DNA of 57,781 nt, filler included, from Squatina squatina (GCA_031763465.1; 3 parts of 2 records of this genome joined end to end with filler, not necessarily neighbours in it), one strand, 5' to 3'. Positions 1-12,214 are shown, numbered from the whole stretch's first letter. Numbers and translations are program-made. The notes: generated by a model not told the origin, from the letters alone.

Positions 1-215
1 GTTTCACAGTTTGTTCACTTTTCTGATATTCTACAAACATATTAACTTGAACCGAGCTGAAAGCATTATTTTTTCCATTTGAACAATACTGGATGGAGTG
101 AGTGTCCATTTAAGATAAATGCTTTGTAGAGTCAAAGAGATGCCCAAGTCCCACTGTAAATAATACACATCCCTCACCCCTTTAATAATAACGGTTCACT
201 TCAAACAGTCCTTAC

Positions 216-464
216 CTTTTGTATCTTATACTTCTGCATGGCTGGAATAAACTGAAAAATGAAACCCGGTAAACAGAACAAGAAATAAACACCTTCATGA
301 ACAAGGAGCGAACCCCAAGTGGCAATTTGAAATTTGGTGAAATTGTCCAGCATGTAGTTCCATGCATTTTTAAAAGGCTCTTGGAAGGGATTTTGTGGGA
401 GTAAAGAATCCATGTAATCAATAGCCAGAATGGCAGAAGTGATAATGCTGCTGTTGCCATCCAT
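216..464 (-). CDS. MSMO1: Methylsterol monooxygenase 1 (sterol C4-methyl oxidase)-like, first coding exon (83 codons)
   Basis: Translates MDGNSS...[65 protein letters not shown], closely matching the vertebrate MSMO1 N-terminus as I recall it. ATG at 464-462; phase-0 donor AAG|gtaagg at 216/215. The rest of the gene lies off the left edge. Confidence 0.95.
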
Positions 465-479
465 TTTCCACGCTGCTCA

Positions 480-830
480 CCAAACCGAACCGGTGCAACC
501 TGACCGCGCTGCGGGCGGGGCAAGCCCACACTGAGCTAACGCCTCACTTCCTGATTGACAAGCAAATCAACCAAGGGGGCAACAGAACAGCCCTGAGCGA
601 CGCGCCGGTCATGTGGTCGCCAACCAATCAGCGCGCGGAGCAGGCGGGTCCTGGTTTGCCAAGGTAAAGAGTTGAAAAAAACTCGACTCATGCGGATGGG
701 CGTGCGCTGATTGGGCGAGCCGGTGGACTGATGTTGCGCTGCGCGGGCAACCCAATATAGGCGGAATACGTCACAGCAACCAAACTGGTCACACTGGGAG
801 CACGAAGGGGCGAAGAAAGGGTGGTTTAGC
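480..830 (-). promoter_or_regulatory. CpG-rich promoter of the MSMO1-like gene
   Basis: Dense CpG in otherwise AT-rich DNA. GC box GGGCGGGG 513-520, CCAAT at 624-628, ATTGG at 710-714, SRE-like GTGCGCTGAT 702-711 and GTGGACTGAT 723-732, perfect CArG CCAATATAGG 752-761. SRE + NF-Y + Sp1 is the established layout of SREBP-regulated sterol genes; function of each site is inferred. Confidence 0.7.
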
Positions 831-1044
831 AACACTTACACAGGCTTCACTTACCCATATATATCATTCCTCTAAGGCATACTGAATCCAAGCTTCACAG
901 CCAGTGAAGTCAGTGTCTATGTTTGAGACCTTGTTTTGCTCCCCATTTGGTGACAAATCCTCTCCCCTGCAGTCAAAATTTCCGATCCTATGTGCATTTA
1001 TTGGTCAATTCATTTTTTGTGTTTCGAGTGTTATTTGAATCCCA

Positions 1045-1164
1045 AATGGTGTGTTGTCTCCTTGCTGCCAGGTGAAGAACATAACAGAGCAGGTGGAAAA
1101 ACTTCTGGAAAGGGGCAAGGAGAGCAGTCAGAAGCTGTGGTCCATGTAGGAGCCAATGATGTCG
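1045..1164 (+). mobile_element. CR1-clade LINE ORF1 (SGNH esterase) fragment
   Basis: Reads ...LLPG...GEQSEAVVHVGAND, matching the CLPG and VVHVGTND blocks of CR1 ORF1 esterases; truncated by a gap. Confidence 0.65.
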
Positions 1165-2015
1165 NNNNNNNNNNNNNNNNNNNNNNNNNNNNNNNNNNNN
1201 NNNNNNNNNNNNNNNNNNNNNNNNNNNNNNNNNNNNNNNNNNNNNNNNNNNNNNNNNNNNNNNNCAACCAGAGATGAATTTATAGCCCAAAATATTTGCA
1301 GGTTCTTCGTTTACAGAATGTAATTAAAATAATTGGCATAAAAAAAGATACATATATAAATTAAAGGAGGTTTCAATTTTTTGTCCATTTAATTCAAATG
1401 AGATTAAATTACACTCAATTCTAACAAATCTGAAAACAGTAAAAAAAGGAGTTTAAAATTACTTGTGAATTCACTTGTACCTGAAATATTAACCTGACTA
1501 TCTCTTTCAGGTCTTGATCTACCTGCTTTGTACTTGGAACATTTTCTGTTTCTCATTCAGGGTATGTGTCATTTTCTTCTTCCCTCTATAAATCAAGTTT
1601 ATTTAATAATTAAACATCAAGACTACACTGGAAAACATATAAACTTTAAAATTAGAGATGACGCCATGTAAAGAGAACTGGCTCCAGTCACCAGTGCTTT
1701 ATTGTAGAGAGAAAATATTGAGGACTACACAAAAAAATGCATTGCATCCATCCAAACTGAACAAACAATAAAAAGTTCCAATTATTTCCGTCATTTTGAA
1801 AAAATAAAATACAGTAAGGAGTGCTTCACAGTCTTGTGTTCCACGGATATGACAGGAACATTTAAAATTAATCATTACATAAAACCTAAAAAGATTTCAA
1901 ATACTGTTCCAAACGACAGCAGAGTGCAATGGTACATTAATCCCTGACACCATACTCTGTCACTATAGCATGACCTTTTTGGTCTGATTTGGCAATCCAT
2001 TACATTTCACTGAAG

Positions 2016-2230
2016 ACAGAGTGACAGAGTTACAGCACGAGAGAGTTTCAGAGTTACATCATGGCAGAGTGACTGGGTTACAGTGTAATAGAGAAACAGT
2101 GTAACAGAGTTAGAGAGTTACCGCATGGCAGAGGTACAAGTTACAGCATGACAGAATTACAGTGTGACAGAGGTACAGAGTTACAGCGTGACAGAGTTAC
2201 AGCATGGCAGAGGTACAGAGTTACAGCATG
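2016..2230. repeat. Minisatellite built from 8-bp ACAG-NNNN units
   Basis: Tandem variants ACAGAGTT, ACAGCATG, GCAGAGGT, ACAGAGTG; runs into the gap at 2231-3066. Confidence 0.9.
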
Positions 2231-4104
2231 NNNNNNNNNNNNNNNNNNNNNNNNNNNNNNNNNNNNNNNNNNNNNNNNNNNNNNNNNNNNNNNNNNNNNN
2301 NNNNNNNNNNNNNNNNNNNNNNNNNNNNNNNNNNNNNNNNNNNNNNNNNNNNNNNNNNNNNNNNNNNNNNNNNNNNNNNNNNNNNNNNNNNNNNNNNNNN
2401 NNNNNNNNNNNNNNNNNNNNNNNNNNNNNNNNNNNNNNNNNNNNNNNNNNNNNNNNNNNNNNNNNNNNNNNNNNNNNNNNNNNNNNNNNNNNNNNNNNNN
2501 NNNNNNNNNNNNNNNNNNNNNNNNNNNNNNNNNNNNNNNNNNNNNNNNNNNNNNNNNNNNNNNNNNNNNNNNNNNNNNNNNNNNNNNNNNNNNNNNNNNN
2601 NNNNNNNNNNNNNNNNNNNNNNNNNNNNNNNNNNNNNNNNNNNNNNNNNNNNNNNNNNNNNNNNNNNNNNNNNNNNNNNNNNNNNNNNNNNNNNNNNNNN
2701 NNNNNNNNNNNNNNNNNNNNNNNNNNNNNNNNNNNNNNNNNNNNNNNNNNNNNNNNNNNNNNNNNNNNNNNNNNNNNNNNNNNNNNNNNNNNNNNNNNNN
2801 NNNNNNNNNNNNNNNNNNNNNNNNNNNNNNNNNNNNNNNNNNNNNNNNNNNNNNNNNNNNNNNNNNNNNNNNNNNNNNNNNNNNNNNNNNNNNNNNNNNN
2901 NNNNNNNNNNNNNNNNNNNNNNNNNNNNNNNNNNNNNNNNNNNNNNNNNNNNNNNNNNNNNNNNNNNNNNNNNNNNNNNNNNNNNNNNNNNNNNNNNNNN
3001 NNNNNNNNNNNNNNNNNNNNNNNNNNNNNNNNNNNNNNNNNNNNNNNNNNNNNNNNNNNNNNNNNNCATATAGGGATGGTTTATCAAACATGAGAAATAA
3101 AGTAAAATAAAAGCAAAAGCTAAGTAGTAAACAAGAAGACATATAGTAAAGAAGGAAGTGGAAATGAGGGAAATTCAAAAAAATATATATATCAAATTGT
3201 ATGAAAACCAGTTTTTTTTTTTTAAAGTTGATGTTTCATAGAGGAACAGATATACCAAAAATGAATGAGGCTATATCCCTTTAGTGAATTTCTATTTACC
3301 ATATTTACAATTTTATTAAATAGTACCTCACGGGTAAGAATTCTACTCACATCAGGAATGCAAGTGCAGCCTCAGACCCTTGAAATGATACTGCTTTAAG
3401 TACTAACAGATATATAAAAACAAACTATCTGTAGCCAGAATTAATTTGATACATTTGGTATTAAAATATCATTTTTTTCTCTTTTTAAAAAAAAAGCATC
3501 ATCAGCCATTTTGCTTGTCAGAATTTTCAGTAGGTGGCAGTATCCAATAAAAATAGCCAGACAAGTATCTGCAAACGTGAAACTTCAGGTTAAAGGCATG
3601 TTTTTTTCCATGATTCTTCCACGGGATGGTGTAAAAGTTTTCTTTTTCACTTTTATAATTTGGCCAGTGTACCATTAACCCACCTAGTCCCACCTCCTCC
3701 AGATCAACTGGAGGGGCAGGTGTGATAGCCTATCTTGCCTGCTACCATCATCACATTACCTGGAACTGCAGGTGCCTAGGGTATTTTAGAAAAACATCAG
3801 AGTACTGCTAATACAATTTATGTTCATTAATGAATACCATTACTCTTAATCTATGAGGGCTGAAAAGTCACTAACAATTCTGTCAGCTTTGGTTTGGACT
3901 CTGTACAATGCCTATTGCATGGCATCTGTGCAAAAGAGGTTCCAGTGTCCAAACATTTCCTGTACTAGCAATAGCAAACTCACAAGAGAGTTTGAAGGCT
4001 GCAGTAAAGTTTTCTGGCTACCATAGGAACTACTACTTACAACAGGAACTTCATATCCTCTGTTAGCTCACCTCTCAAAATAGGGGAACCAATTCTAAAT
4101 CTGA

Positions 4105-4123
4105 GGGAGGAGAGAGAGAGAGA
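4105..4123. repeat. (GA)n microsatellite
   Basis: gagggaggagagagagagagaga read directly. Confidence 0.8.
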
Positions 4124-4713
4124 GGGGTTGCATATTATTTGAAATACCAGTAGCAGCTCATCTCAACATAAACAAACCATTATGGCAAGTATCTTTTCTG
4201 CTCACCTCAGGTTAGAATGTTGAGTTTGTCTCCCTTTTAAATTGGCTGATATGGTAATACAGTGCTTGGTGTACAGTTCTGATCCAAACAGNNNAGGCTT
4301 CAAGTATCGCGTTTTAGGCCTTCTGCTTTCAACTAATAGCTTCACTTCCCTTCGCAGTTATTCTATTGGGACCCTTGCCTTGAATAGAAGCGAAGGAGGG
4401 GCAAAGAAAACTGATTCCTCTTGCATCTCTGTTTCCCCCGATATACGCACACGTGTAATTGTTGGAGTTTGTCAAAGAAATAATGGAAAGTCTGCAAATG
4501 TATCGGTGTCTGCCGTCAGTTGATTTTCTTTTAAAAATGCATATTGCAGTGCTGGTATCTTTTTTTGACAGGGTAACTGCACTGAGCTATTACTCGCACA
4601 GTATACCATGCATCCAAGTAGTATAAATAGTTAAAAAACCTAGGTCAGTCTTCAGCAGAATGCTAATCAGTTTTCACTTCAGACTTCAATCCAACTGTAG
4701 CTCAAGTGGAGAG

Positions 4714-4742
4714 TCATAGTGGTTTATCAATTACAGCAACAC
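4714..4742 (-). CDS. KLHL3: KLHL3-like terminal coding exon
   Basis: Acceptor ttttcctcttag then GT GTT GCT GTA ATT GAT AAA CCA CTA TGA = (G)VAVIDKPL*. Phase 1 fits the preceding exon. Not in the ORF track. Confidence 0.88.
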
Positions 4743-5099
4743 CTAAGAGGAAAAGAAACCATTCAATGTAAAAAGGCTCTGAAAAATTACAGGATCAGTA
4801 AGTAACCTGCACAGTGTTTCATTAAAACATATTTCAGGTAATTTTGGCATATAATTTTACACCTCAACCGATTTTCTTTTCCATTGATTTTGCCTGGCAA
4901 TAAAAGTTAAAATGAACCCTTTTGTTCAAAATAAGATTACAACACAATTAAGCATACTTAATTTTAGAAGTCAGAAAAGCAAGAGAGTTTCTGTGTTTTT
5001 TTATGGAGATAGATGAACATCATTGCAGGATAATAAATAGTTTGGTGTGCTTGCTTGGTAAATCTAACAGTTAAGTGCTGGGCTGCCACTCTAGGATGA

Positions 5100-5962
5100 G
5101 GGGCAGAATTTCCAGTCCCTCCGGGTGCGTACGATGTTCGCATGCACCTGTAAAGACCTCGCAAGTTCCGGGTTTAGGGCTGCACTGCGCATGCTCCTAA
5201 ATCCGGAACNNNNNNNNNNNNNNNNNNNNNNNNNNNNNNNNNNNNNNNNNNNNNNNNNNNNNNNNNNNNNNNNNNNNNNNNNNNNNNNNNNNNNNNNNNN
5301 NNNNNNNNNCCGGGTTTAGGGCTGCACTGCGCATGCTCCTAAATCCGGAACTGGCGATCTGTCAAGATTTGTCTGGACAGATCATCTGCTTGTGCTGGAA
5401 ATGAGCTTTCCTGGGTGGAGATTTGGGCTATTTGCCCACAAAAAGCTCTTTAATTTCTTACGCACAGTAAAATCAAACATACAGACCTGCTTTTACCAGT
5501 GTAAGAGTTTTTAAAAATATAAAATATAAATTAAATTATTGGAACATTGGTTCAAATCCATGTCCATTAAGGCAAGTATATTTTTATACTCTGTAAAAAG
5601 ATTTTAGAAACATTTTCCAAACACTTTCTATTCATTATATATAATTTTTATTGAATTTTAATGTTTGAGTAGTTTTTAAAATGTATTTTGATGTGATTGC
5701 AATTTATAGTATCTCCCATTCATACTTCTGCAGATCTCTGTCTTTATGGAGATTTGTAGAAGTATGAATGGGACATGCTCCTACCTGATTGGTTGGGGCC
5801 TCCCATGTGATCCCACCAGTGTATGCGAACCACTGGAGATCCCTGTGGAGGCCCAGGAACGCAAAGCTGCAAACCTACTGGGGACCACCAAGTACAATCG
5901 TAAAAATTTTACCGGTCGGAGGCCTTTGTCCGAGGGAAGGCGCTGACCAGAATTTCTGCCCC
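5100..5962. mobile_element. MITE-like non-autonomous DNA transposon (Harbinger-like ends)
   Basis: Terminal inverted repeats GGGGCAGAATTTC (5100-5112) and GAATTTCTGCCCC (5950-5962), 12/13 match. GC-rich subterminal hairpins, AT-rich centre, no clean target-site duplication. Superfamily is inferred. Confidence 0.6.
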
Positions 5963-7126
5963 AAACGATTAAAATAGAGTCTTGACAAGACCCACTTGGC
6001 CACCAGATGGCATGCCTCGTGATAATGCAGCACTACTTCTCCAGGGGACAACACAGCAGCAGCCAATTTAACCCACTCACCAAGACATGTCTTCTGTCAG
6101 CTGATTCATAGTACCACTGAGGATTACAGTAAAGTTTCACTCAGCTGAAGGTAGCTACACAGCATGTTGAAAATGTGGGACTGGGGTAAGAGAAACAAGT
6201 TGCTCCATTTCAATGTAATTACAATTCTCCTTCTGTGGCCCCAGTGTGAAGTTCAGGATTAAAATGTTTATTGGTAACAGGCACTTATTTGTTAGTACAT
6301 GACACCAGTCTACACATGATAATCTGACACCATCAGATTAATTCAGTGGTATCAGAACTGTTATTTAAATCTCCATACTTCTAGGAAAACTTTTCTTCCC
6401 GATGCTATTTCTTTGTGTCATTGTTGTCCCAGGTGACCTCACTTGCTGTTGTGCATTCCCAAACAAGCACACCTTCTAATACACTTCTTCACTGCTCGCT
6501 CGCTCTCTATATATTTCGCCGAAGTCATCCAACCCCATATTCAGCACATAAGCCCATTCTAGCAGCTACCCGCCTCAGAAACTGTTGTTCTTTCCCATAT
6601 ATAACCTGATTGAAGTCCATAGTACTTCTTTGCATCCTTTTCTCAGCTACTTCTCTTCTGACGGATTCCTCCATCGGCTCCCATTGGTGCTAAAATCAGG
6701 CACCAATATCACCCATGAGTCAAACAGTGCTCAAACCAGGCACCAACGTTGTCCCCAGGTCAAAGACATTAACAATGTCCATTGAACAAAGAGTGCTCTA
6801 ATGAGGCAAAACAGTGTCACAGTGCATCATTTTGCCTCTGCACTAAATTATTTTAAAGCTAAAATATGAAAAAACAGACAATGATAAACATTAAATATAT
6901 AGATTTTTTGAAGCTCAAGTTTTTTTCCGATGCACTATTGAATTAGAATAATAGATATGGGCTTGTTTTAGATACTTTTATGTCCACTCATGAACTCTAA
7001 CATTGCATAGATGCAAAATAGTCAGATGACAAGTGATGATAAAGGTACAACTGCTTAGCGTGCATATCAGTGGTACACACCACCCTAGCTGCAACTGTCT
7101 TAGCTACAAACCTGCAACTGCTTTAC

Positions 7127-7270
7127 CTGCATAGCTTCTTCCAGTGCTCATATTGGTTGGCAGTAGTGTCCACTTGTCAGTAACAGAGTTATAGAACTCC
7201 ACAGAAGCTAAATTACAAGAGCCATCATCCCCTCCAACTACATACAAAAATCCATTTACAGCGCAAACAC
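7127..7270 (-). CDS. KLHL3: KLHL3-like exon, Kelch repeat 6 (144 bp)
   Basis: (G)VCAVNGFLYVVGGDDGSCNLASVEFYNSVTDKWTLLPTNMSTGRSYA(G); tgcag acceptor, G|gtaaag donor; phase 1-1. Not in the ORF track. Confidence 0.92.
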
Positions 7271-7354
7271 CTGCAAGACAAAAGCAGTTTAATTAGCCGA
7301 AAACTTATTTTATTTCCAGATACAAGATATAACAAAGTTTAAATGGATACCGAC

Positions 7355-7495
7355 CTGCATTCCTCCGACACATATTCATGTCTGCCACTTGTCTCCAAGT
7401 GTTTGTGGATGGGTCGTACACCTCAACACTTTTCCTCACCAAAGGTCCATCATGTCCTCCTGTTGCATATAATTGACCATTTAGAACCCCTACCC
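7355..7495 (-). CDS. KLHL3: KLHL3-like exon, Kelch repeat 5 (141 bp)
   Basis: (G)VGVLNGQLYATGGHDGPLVRKSVEVYDPSTNTWRQVADMNMCRRNA(G); tacag acceptor, G|gtcggt donor. Confidence 0.92.
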
Positions 7496-7655
7496 CTGTA
7501 ATAAACACATAAAAAGAATGACTAAAACATTCTCTTTCTCACCTGCAAAATATACCNNNNNNNNNNNNNNNNNNNNNNNNNNNNNNNNNNNNNNNNNNNN
7601 NNNNNNNNNNNNNNNNNNNNNNNNNNNNNNNNNNNNNNNNNNNNNNNNNNNNNNN

Positions 7656-8520
7656 NTTGCGTGATCTTAAGTTTACAGAGGATGCAAGATGGGAGGCTGG
7701 CCAGGAGTGCGCTAGAATAGTCAAGTCTAGAGGTAACAAAGGGATTGAATGAGGGTTTCAGGAGCAGATGAGCTGAGGCAGTGACAGAGTCAGGCGATGT
7801 TACCGAGGTGGAAGTAGCTGGTGTTAGTGATTGTGTGAATATGTGGTCGGACACTCATCTTGGGGTCATATATGACACCAAGGTTTCAAACAGTCTGGTT
7901 CAGCCTCAGACAGATGCTAGGAAGAGGAATGGAGTTGGTGGCTAGGGAACGGAGTTTGTGGCAGGGACCGAAGACAATGGCTTCACTCTTCCCAGTATTT
8001 AGTTGGAGGAAATTTCTGCTCATCCAGCACTGGAGTCTGACAATTTAGAGACTGTGGCGTGGTCGAGAGAGGTAGCGGTGAGGTAGAGCTGGGCATTGTC
8101 AGCATACGTGTGGAACCTGACGTTGTGCTTTCAGATGATGTCATCGAGGTGCAGCATATAGATGAGAAATAGGAGTGGGCCAAGGATAGATCCTCGGAGA
8201 ACTTAAGTGGTAACAATGCGAATATGGGAAGAGAAGCCATTGCAGGTGATTCTCTGGCTATGACTGGACAGGTAAGAATGGAACTAGCTGAGTGCAGTCC
8301 TGCTCAGCTGGACGATGGAGGAGAGGCATTGGAGGAGGATGGTGTGGTCAACTGTGTCAAAGGCTGCAGGCAAGTTGAGAAGGATGAGGAGGGGTAGTTT
8401 TCCATGGTCACAGTCACACAGGATGTCATTTGCAACTTTGATAAGAGCTGTTTCGTACTGTGGCAGGGAAACCTGATTGGAGGGATTCAAATATGGAGTT
8501 CCGGGAAAGATGGACACAGA
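7656..8520 (-). mobile_element. L2-clade LINE reverse transcriptase fragment, degraded
   Basis: Minus frames give [12 protein letters not shown]...[36 protein letters not shown] and FVTSRLDYS, motifs typical of L2 RT and its C-terminus, with stops and frameshifts. Confidence 0.85.
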
Positions 8521-8564
8521 TATGCAAGATAGGTGAAGCTGGCAATGAGTCAAACAAACAGTGT

Positions 8565-8832
8565 CCAAGGAAGGACAGAGTATAAAATACTCAATGATGC
8601 CATGGAAAGGACTGAGACTAAAACATTTAATGAGTGCCCTGGATAAGACCAAGAATAAGACATTTAAACAGTCACTATGGAAAGGACTGAAAATAAAAAC
8701 TTGCGCCAGAAGGGACCAAGAATAAAACATTCAATGAGTGTCATGGAAAAGATGGAGACTAAAACATTCAGTGAGTGTTATGAAAAGAACAGAGAATAAA
8801 ACATTCAACAAGTGTTATGATGGAACTGAGAA
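8565..8832. repeat. Degenerate ~37-bp tandem repeat, about 7 copies
   Basis: Recurring consensus gagaataaaacattcaatgagtgtcatggaaaggact. Confidence 0.8.
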
Positions 8833-9125
8833 TTAATTGTGAACATTGCTGCACAAATGGATCATAAAATAATTTAGCATTTTCTTCATGTACAATTTCC
8901 ACAATTCTTAAAACTGACCGTTAATTGTTAGAAAGCAGAACTTTTCATCAAGTCCTAGCAAATGTATTACAGTATAGCTCCATATTATGCAAGATAAATT
9001 AGTTTTAAAAATAAAAACTTTCAAGCTAGTTTTTTAAAAAATAAAGTCTGATCAGTTTTAAAAGACAAGCAGGAGGGTGTAAAATATTACAGCATTATAC
9101 AATATCTTTTTTTTTAAAAGCAAAC

Positions 9126-9254
9126 CTGCACCACTGCGACGTGTACTCATATCTGAAACATATGTCCATTCGTTGCTGACTGGATTATATGCTTCAACAG
9201 TACTAAGACACTGGCGTGATGCTCCATCGTAGCCACCTACTGCATACAACCTGC
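9126..9254 (-). CDS. KLHL3: KLHL3-like exon, Kelch repeat 4 (129 bp)
   Basis: (G)RLYAVGGYDGASRQCLSTVEAYNPVSNEWTYVSDMSTRRSGA(G); ctcag acceptor, G|gtttgc donor. Confidence 0.92.
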
Positions 9255-9354
9255 CTGAGGAGATAGACAGTGCATTAACAATTGAAACACATACATTTTA
9301 ATGAAAAATTGTTAAACACAATATTGTTTCTTGTTCAATACTGGTTGTCCAATA

Positions 9355-9429
9355 GAGAAGGAGAGAGAAAGAGGGTGAGGAAGAGACAGACAGACAAACA
9401 GAACGAGAGAGAGAGAGAGAGAGAGAGAG
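9355..9429. repeat. Purine-rich (GA)n microsatellite region
   Basis: Perfect GA run at about 9405-9429 preceded by GA/GACA-rich sequence. Confidence 0.85.
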
Positions 9430-11584
9430 TTAACGTGTGCGTGCAATTCATTTTATTTTAAATCCGAAGTAAAAATTCAAATCTCTCCTCCTCTGACCAC
9501 CCAGGGAGTTGTTACTTACTCCCAACCAGCAAGACATGAAAGTCTGTGTAGAAAATATTCATGCAAGGAATATGGCCTCCGCAGCATATGTATTTCACAT
9601 CATCACCTTTTAAAAGTGCTTCTGCCTTCAAATACCAGTGATACAGGACAGAACAGCTGCATAGAAGGATTTCCAGACAATGAGGGGTAATCTCAGGACT
9701 GTCTCATTGGTTGTGTTTGGAATATAGGTAATCACTCAGTTTAAATTATTTGGCAACTGGTTGGGTACCTCCTTNNNNNNNNNNNNNNNNNNNNNNNNNN
9801 NNNNNNNNNNNNNNNNNNNNNNNNNNNNNNNNNNNNNNNNNNNNNNNNNNNNNNNNNNNNNNNNNNNNNNNNNNNNNNNNNNNNNNNNNNNNNNNNNNNN
9901 NNNNNNNNNNNNNNNNNNNNNNNNNNNNNNNNNNNNNNNNNNNNNNNNNNNNNNNNNNNNNNNNNNNNNNNNNNNNNNNNNNNNNNNNNNNNNNNNNNNN
10001 NNNNNNNNNNNNNNNNNNNNNNNNNNNNNNNNNNNNNNNNNNNNNNNNNNNNNNNNNNNNNNNNNNNNNNNNNNNNNNNNNNNNNNNNNNNNNNNNNNNN
10101 NNNNNNNNNNNNNNNNNNNNNNNNNNNTGCCCTGCAAACATGTCCAGTACCTAAAAGGAAGTGTCCTTAATGTAGGAGAGATTGGCTTCCAGTAGTCTCT
10201 GTTCTCCAGCTAAAAGCTGAAAAGTGTTACAGAAAAACAGGAGCTGGTCTGAAATGTGGAAGGTGCCAGATGCTTTAATGAGAGGGAATAATAAAAACAA
10301 AATTACACAATCAAGAAGCGCATCCAGATAAAAGCGCTGTTTGAAATCACTGAGACTATCCTCTGACATTAGATTAATCTTTGTGAAACTCAGTTTTATA
10401 TTGTTTTTTCCAACATAACACGCTTAGGTGCAGTGCACAGTGTGCATTCCACTCTGCTGTGCAGGCTTGAGTTTTCTGCATGATCATGCAAGTGAAAGAA
10501 CACCCAGAAACATCTTGAAGATAACCACACACTTAGCATGCAACAGGACAGTGACAAGGTAAAAGGCCACATGGTGACTTACAGCCATCAGGAGAACTGG
10601 CCCTCTAAAAAAAAACTGTAAAGAGAATAATTTTTAAATAATCCAATCTCTTTAGTAAGCAATGAATGATGTATGATCAGATTTTTCATTTAAATAAACC
10701 TGTTTCTTTCCCACTAAAGAAATCACTACAAAATCCCTGAATTTACATCAGAAGGATTGGAAATTCTAAAACTACTGGGTCAGAGTTAGCGTTTCTTCAA
10801 ACTATAAAACAACCTTGAGACTTGGGACTCAAAGATCAAGTAAATGCATGCCTTTTATAGTANNNNNNNNNNNNNNNNNNNNNNNNNNNNNNNNNNNNNN
10901 NNNNNNNNNNNNNNNNNNNNNNNNNNNNNNNNNNNNNNNNNNNNNNNNNNNNNNNNNNNNNNNNNNNNNNNNNNNNNNNNNNNNNNNNNNNNNNNNNNNN
11001 NNNNNNNNNNNNNNNNNNNNNNNNNNNNNNNNNNNNNNNNNNNNNNNNNNNNNNNNNNNNNNNNNNNNNNNNNNNNNNNNNNNNNNNNNNNNNNNNNNNN
11101 NNNNNNNNNNNNNNNNNNNNNNNNNNNNNNNNNNNNNNNNNNNNNNNNNNNNNNNNNNNNNNNNNNNNNNNNNNNNNNNNNNNNNNNNNNNNNNNNNNNN
11201 NNNNNNNNNNNNNNNNNNNNNNNNNNNNNNNNNNNNNNNNNNNNNNNNNNNNNNNNNNNNNNNNNNNNNNNNNNNNNNNNNNNNNNNNNNNNNNNNNNNN
11301 NNNNNNNNNNNNNNNNNNNNNNNNNNNNNNNNNNNNNNNNNNNNNNNNNNNNNNNNNNNNNNNNNNNNNNNNNNNNNNNNNNNNNNNNNNNNNNNNNNNN
11401 NNNNNNNNNNNNNNNNNNNNNNNNNNNNNNNNNNNNNNNNNNNNNNNNNNNNNNNNNNNNNNNNNNNNNNNNNNNNNNNNNNNNNNNNNCTGGTCAAAGT
11501 GGACCTCTTTATTATTGCTGATTGTAACAAATACAAAATTATTAGTAAGGCAAAAGCAGCTGACTATAAAAGTCTTGCAGATTG

Positions 11585-11850
11585 GCAACTAAGAGGGGAC
11601 CTTAATGGAAGCATACAAGATATTAAATGCTCTAGATAAGGTTAATCTAAAGCACTACTTCAAGATAAACTAATACGTTAGGACAAGGGAGCATAGGATG
11701 AACTTGTGAAAAGCCAATCTGGATAGAGGTTAGGAAGAACTTCAAGGAGAGTGCTCAACACTTGGAATAGGCTTTTAGGTTAAGATAATTGGGATGAAAT
11801 CATGGGTTCCTGCTAAATGCAGTTAGATGACATGATGGGAGTGAGGTGTA
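11585..11850 (+). mobile_element. Old CR1 LINE 3' ORF2 fragment
   Basis: Degraded LRGDL.EAYKIL and RTR.H motifs similar to the copy at 12215-12720. Confidence 0.5.
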
Positions 11851-12214
11851 AAGTTTATTTTTCAAGTAGGATGCACCAAGATAAGCCAAGTACCTTCCCT
11901 CGCCTTATGATTAAACAACAATAACATTTGACTGAGCTTACTGATGCTCTTTTATACATCTCCACTGAAAACAATATGTAATTGCGCCTTCCTGATGCTG
12001 ACTCTTACCACTGGCTAAATAACATTTCATCTACCAAAAAAATGTATTTTTAAAAAATTATTTTTATTTCAGCTAGCTAGTACGGAACAAGACAGCGATA
12101 AGTTAAGCCATGGAAACCATCCGTGGACATGCAGGAAGCAAGGCCACCTCTCAGTTTATAGTGGCATCTATAGGTGCCCAAGTCAGCCTCAGTGTAAATA
12201 AGTGATGAGGAGCA

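Noticed and set aside
536-835. 99-aa ORF upstream of MSMO1
   Set aside because: Non-ATG start, no recognisable domain; a by-product of GC-rich promoter DNA.
2141-3178. Long ORFs of 130-350 aa here and at 9736-10195, 10815-11639, 43359-43958 and 49956-51031
   Set aside because: They are runs of X translated from assembly gaps; only the PRKAR1B exon at 50936-51027 within them is real.
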